From Lophium mytilinum (Eukaryota), in NCBI GenBank assembly GCA_010093605.1, contig MU004189.1, forward strand, positions 1,867,834-1,931,833: 64,000 bases of DNA. Direction: 5' to 3'. The notes under the pieces are model-generated. The model was not told the origin of the DNA and made no database searches. It worked only from the letters and a program-made list of their open reading frames with translations. Below, in pieces: positions 62,118 through 64,000 of this stretch (position 1 is the first letter of the stretch; the number at the start of each line of letters is the position of its first letter). The position numbers and the translations under genes were made by a program.

Positions 62118-64000
62118 GATGGTAGATTCTTCACTATCGTGTCATTACTGTTGGAAGGTTAGATTTTGTATGCTCTTGACAGGTGTGCTCTTTCTCTACT
62201 GCTTGTGGGGCATTAAAAGTTCCATGGTTCAGAATGAATCATAACCTCGGACTCTTGAATATAACTCAACGCACCACAAGCAGTGACAAACAAACATACG
62301 CAGACGGATGTCACTCGACAGTATAAGCACAAGTGTAGAGACAACTTACAATATTCGCAACGAAAAGATTGGACAGGGTCTGGCCCTTGTCGAAACACAA
62401 GCAACGTCGTTCGCCGGGCAGGTCCACTATATAGGATATGCCCAACGACTCGCCAAAGTACGGCAGTAGTCCTTAGCAAGCGGGCACGCGTGACGCCAAG
62501 GGCTGCAGTGGGATAGAGACAAGGCCGATCGTGAAGCGGCGCGGTGCTAGGAATGCTCTACGCGCAGCGTGGTTGGTCGAGTAGTGGCGGCTGGACCCTT
62601 TTACACTGGCCTTCTTTTCACCGCCAGCGCTTGCGCTATATTATTCAACACCACAGTCGTGCAGTTGAGCCGACGCTACGAGAGTGCCCGGAAGAATTGT
62701 TGAGGATCGCGGTGCGGAGACAAGTGCGAGAACGAGCGGAGGCAGAAATGGGGAGACAAGCTGGTGACCAAGTGAGGTAGTGAGTAGATATGATGTAGGA
62801 GGTCCGTCTTCACATGCGAGGCATGCAACATGGCCTTGATCTGGTGACGAGGGTGGATGGGCAGCGCTGTTGCAGTAGAAGGGGCGCCTTCAATAACAGC
62901 AGACCACAGACCAGCGCCGTGGCTTGACTTGCAGCAGGTAGGTAGATGCAGCATTGGACGTGCGGCAGACGGCACTGGGCATGTCTCTTTTCGGTCTTCC
63001 TCACCGCCACCAGCCCGCCAACCGACTTCGGCGACGAGAGCAGATGGAGTCTGTCAGGGCCGCTGCATCGTGACGCCCGGCCAATCGTGAGCCGGCCGGG
63101 TGCGCAGTGGCAGCAGTGGGCACTGCAACGTGGAGACGGGCGAACCGACACGCCTGGGCTGCGAATGTTTCGGCGGCCTTCCCCCCTCGGCCCAGCGGTG
63201 GCGATGTCTGCAGCAGAAGGCGGGTTGCATCTCTTGACAGCTGGCACCGCCGATCTGAAACGGGACGGGAGGCGAATGTGAAGATGGGAAAGACGCCCCT
63301 CACGCAATCGCGACTCTCGTGGATGGAGGACGGGATAGGAGGGTGTCCAGCGCGCCAGCATGACAGCACCATCCAGCTCGGTACCTCGATAGCTATCCGC
63401 CGACGCCACTATGTAGCCAAGCATTTCGTATCCCTTGGCCATGCACCTCGTGAAACAGTTGGCGAATGACTGACCTCACGCGGTGCCGAGTCCCGTCTAA
63501 ACCTGGCTGCGAATGAGCATCGCGTGCTGGCCCTGCTCCCTGCTGTCATGCGGAGACGGCCTTCTGGAAGAAGCTGTAGAGAGGAAGGTTTCCTTTTCCA
63601 GCATGCCCATGCCTGCCCAGCTCTGGGGAATGTCTATTCTTAACATTAGAGAGTACGGAAAGACACCACTCTGGCACAGAGAGAGTAGGCGTATCAATAT
63701 ATCTTTTCTGCAGAGACCGCCTAGAAATTAGGTTAAGCATTCTTAGGCCTCAAACCCCTCAGAATTAGCCAATCTTGCGTGGATCAGATTGCGTCCAAAC
63801 CTCTAGACGATGCTGATGCCTCCAAGCTTCAACACTTCTAGACTGTACTGTCCATATACTTTCCATAAAACTTGCATTGTTGGTATACTCCCCCTGGAAT
63901 CCAGACACGGTCCATGGGCGGATGTATGCAGACATCTATCCGCGAGATCGCAAGTAGCATGTAGAAGGATGTAGTAACAGTTCATACCGATAACCTCATA

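Overview
Intron-rich filamentous ascomycete (Pezizomycotina, probably a Dothideomycete; taxon inferred only from gene style) genomic DNA. About 25 protein-coding genes can be reconstructed by splicing: a type II NADH dehydrogenase (truncated at the window start), arginase, a DUF167/YggU protein, an IgE-binding-like cell-wall protein, CMR1, a laccase, a secreted protein, proteasome beta5, a RED-like protein, a GH43 hydrolase, an orphan Cys-motif/CaaX protein, a HAD dehalogenase, a divergent H4-H3 pair, a peroxiredoxin-like protein, EXO5, a propionyl-CoA-synthetase-like enzyme, Ras2, COG4, a NIPA Mg2+ transporter, a GPI-anchored protein, formamidase with its upstream usgS gene, a DAL5-type permease and a conserved hypothetical protein. 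There is also a 583-bp MITE-like element and some decayed, possibly RIP-mutated sequence. The most striking unexplained signal is an ~820-nt non-coding segment between the HAD gene and histone H4 (24689-25508). By eye it folds on the + strand into a nested multi-domain RNA: its ends pair, it has a 3' three-way junction, and it is followed by ATAAGT, the non-canonical 5' splice site used to make Pezizomycotina telomerase RNA 3' ends. It lacks a TTAGGG template, however. All folds and gene models were derived by hand, and no database searches were run.
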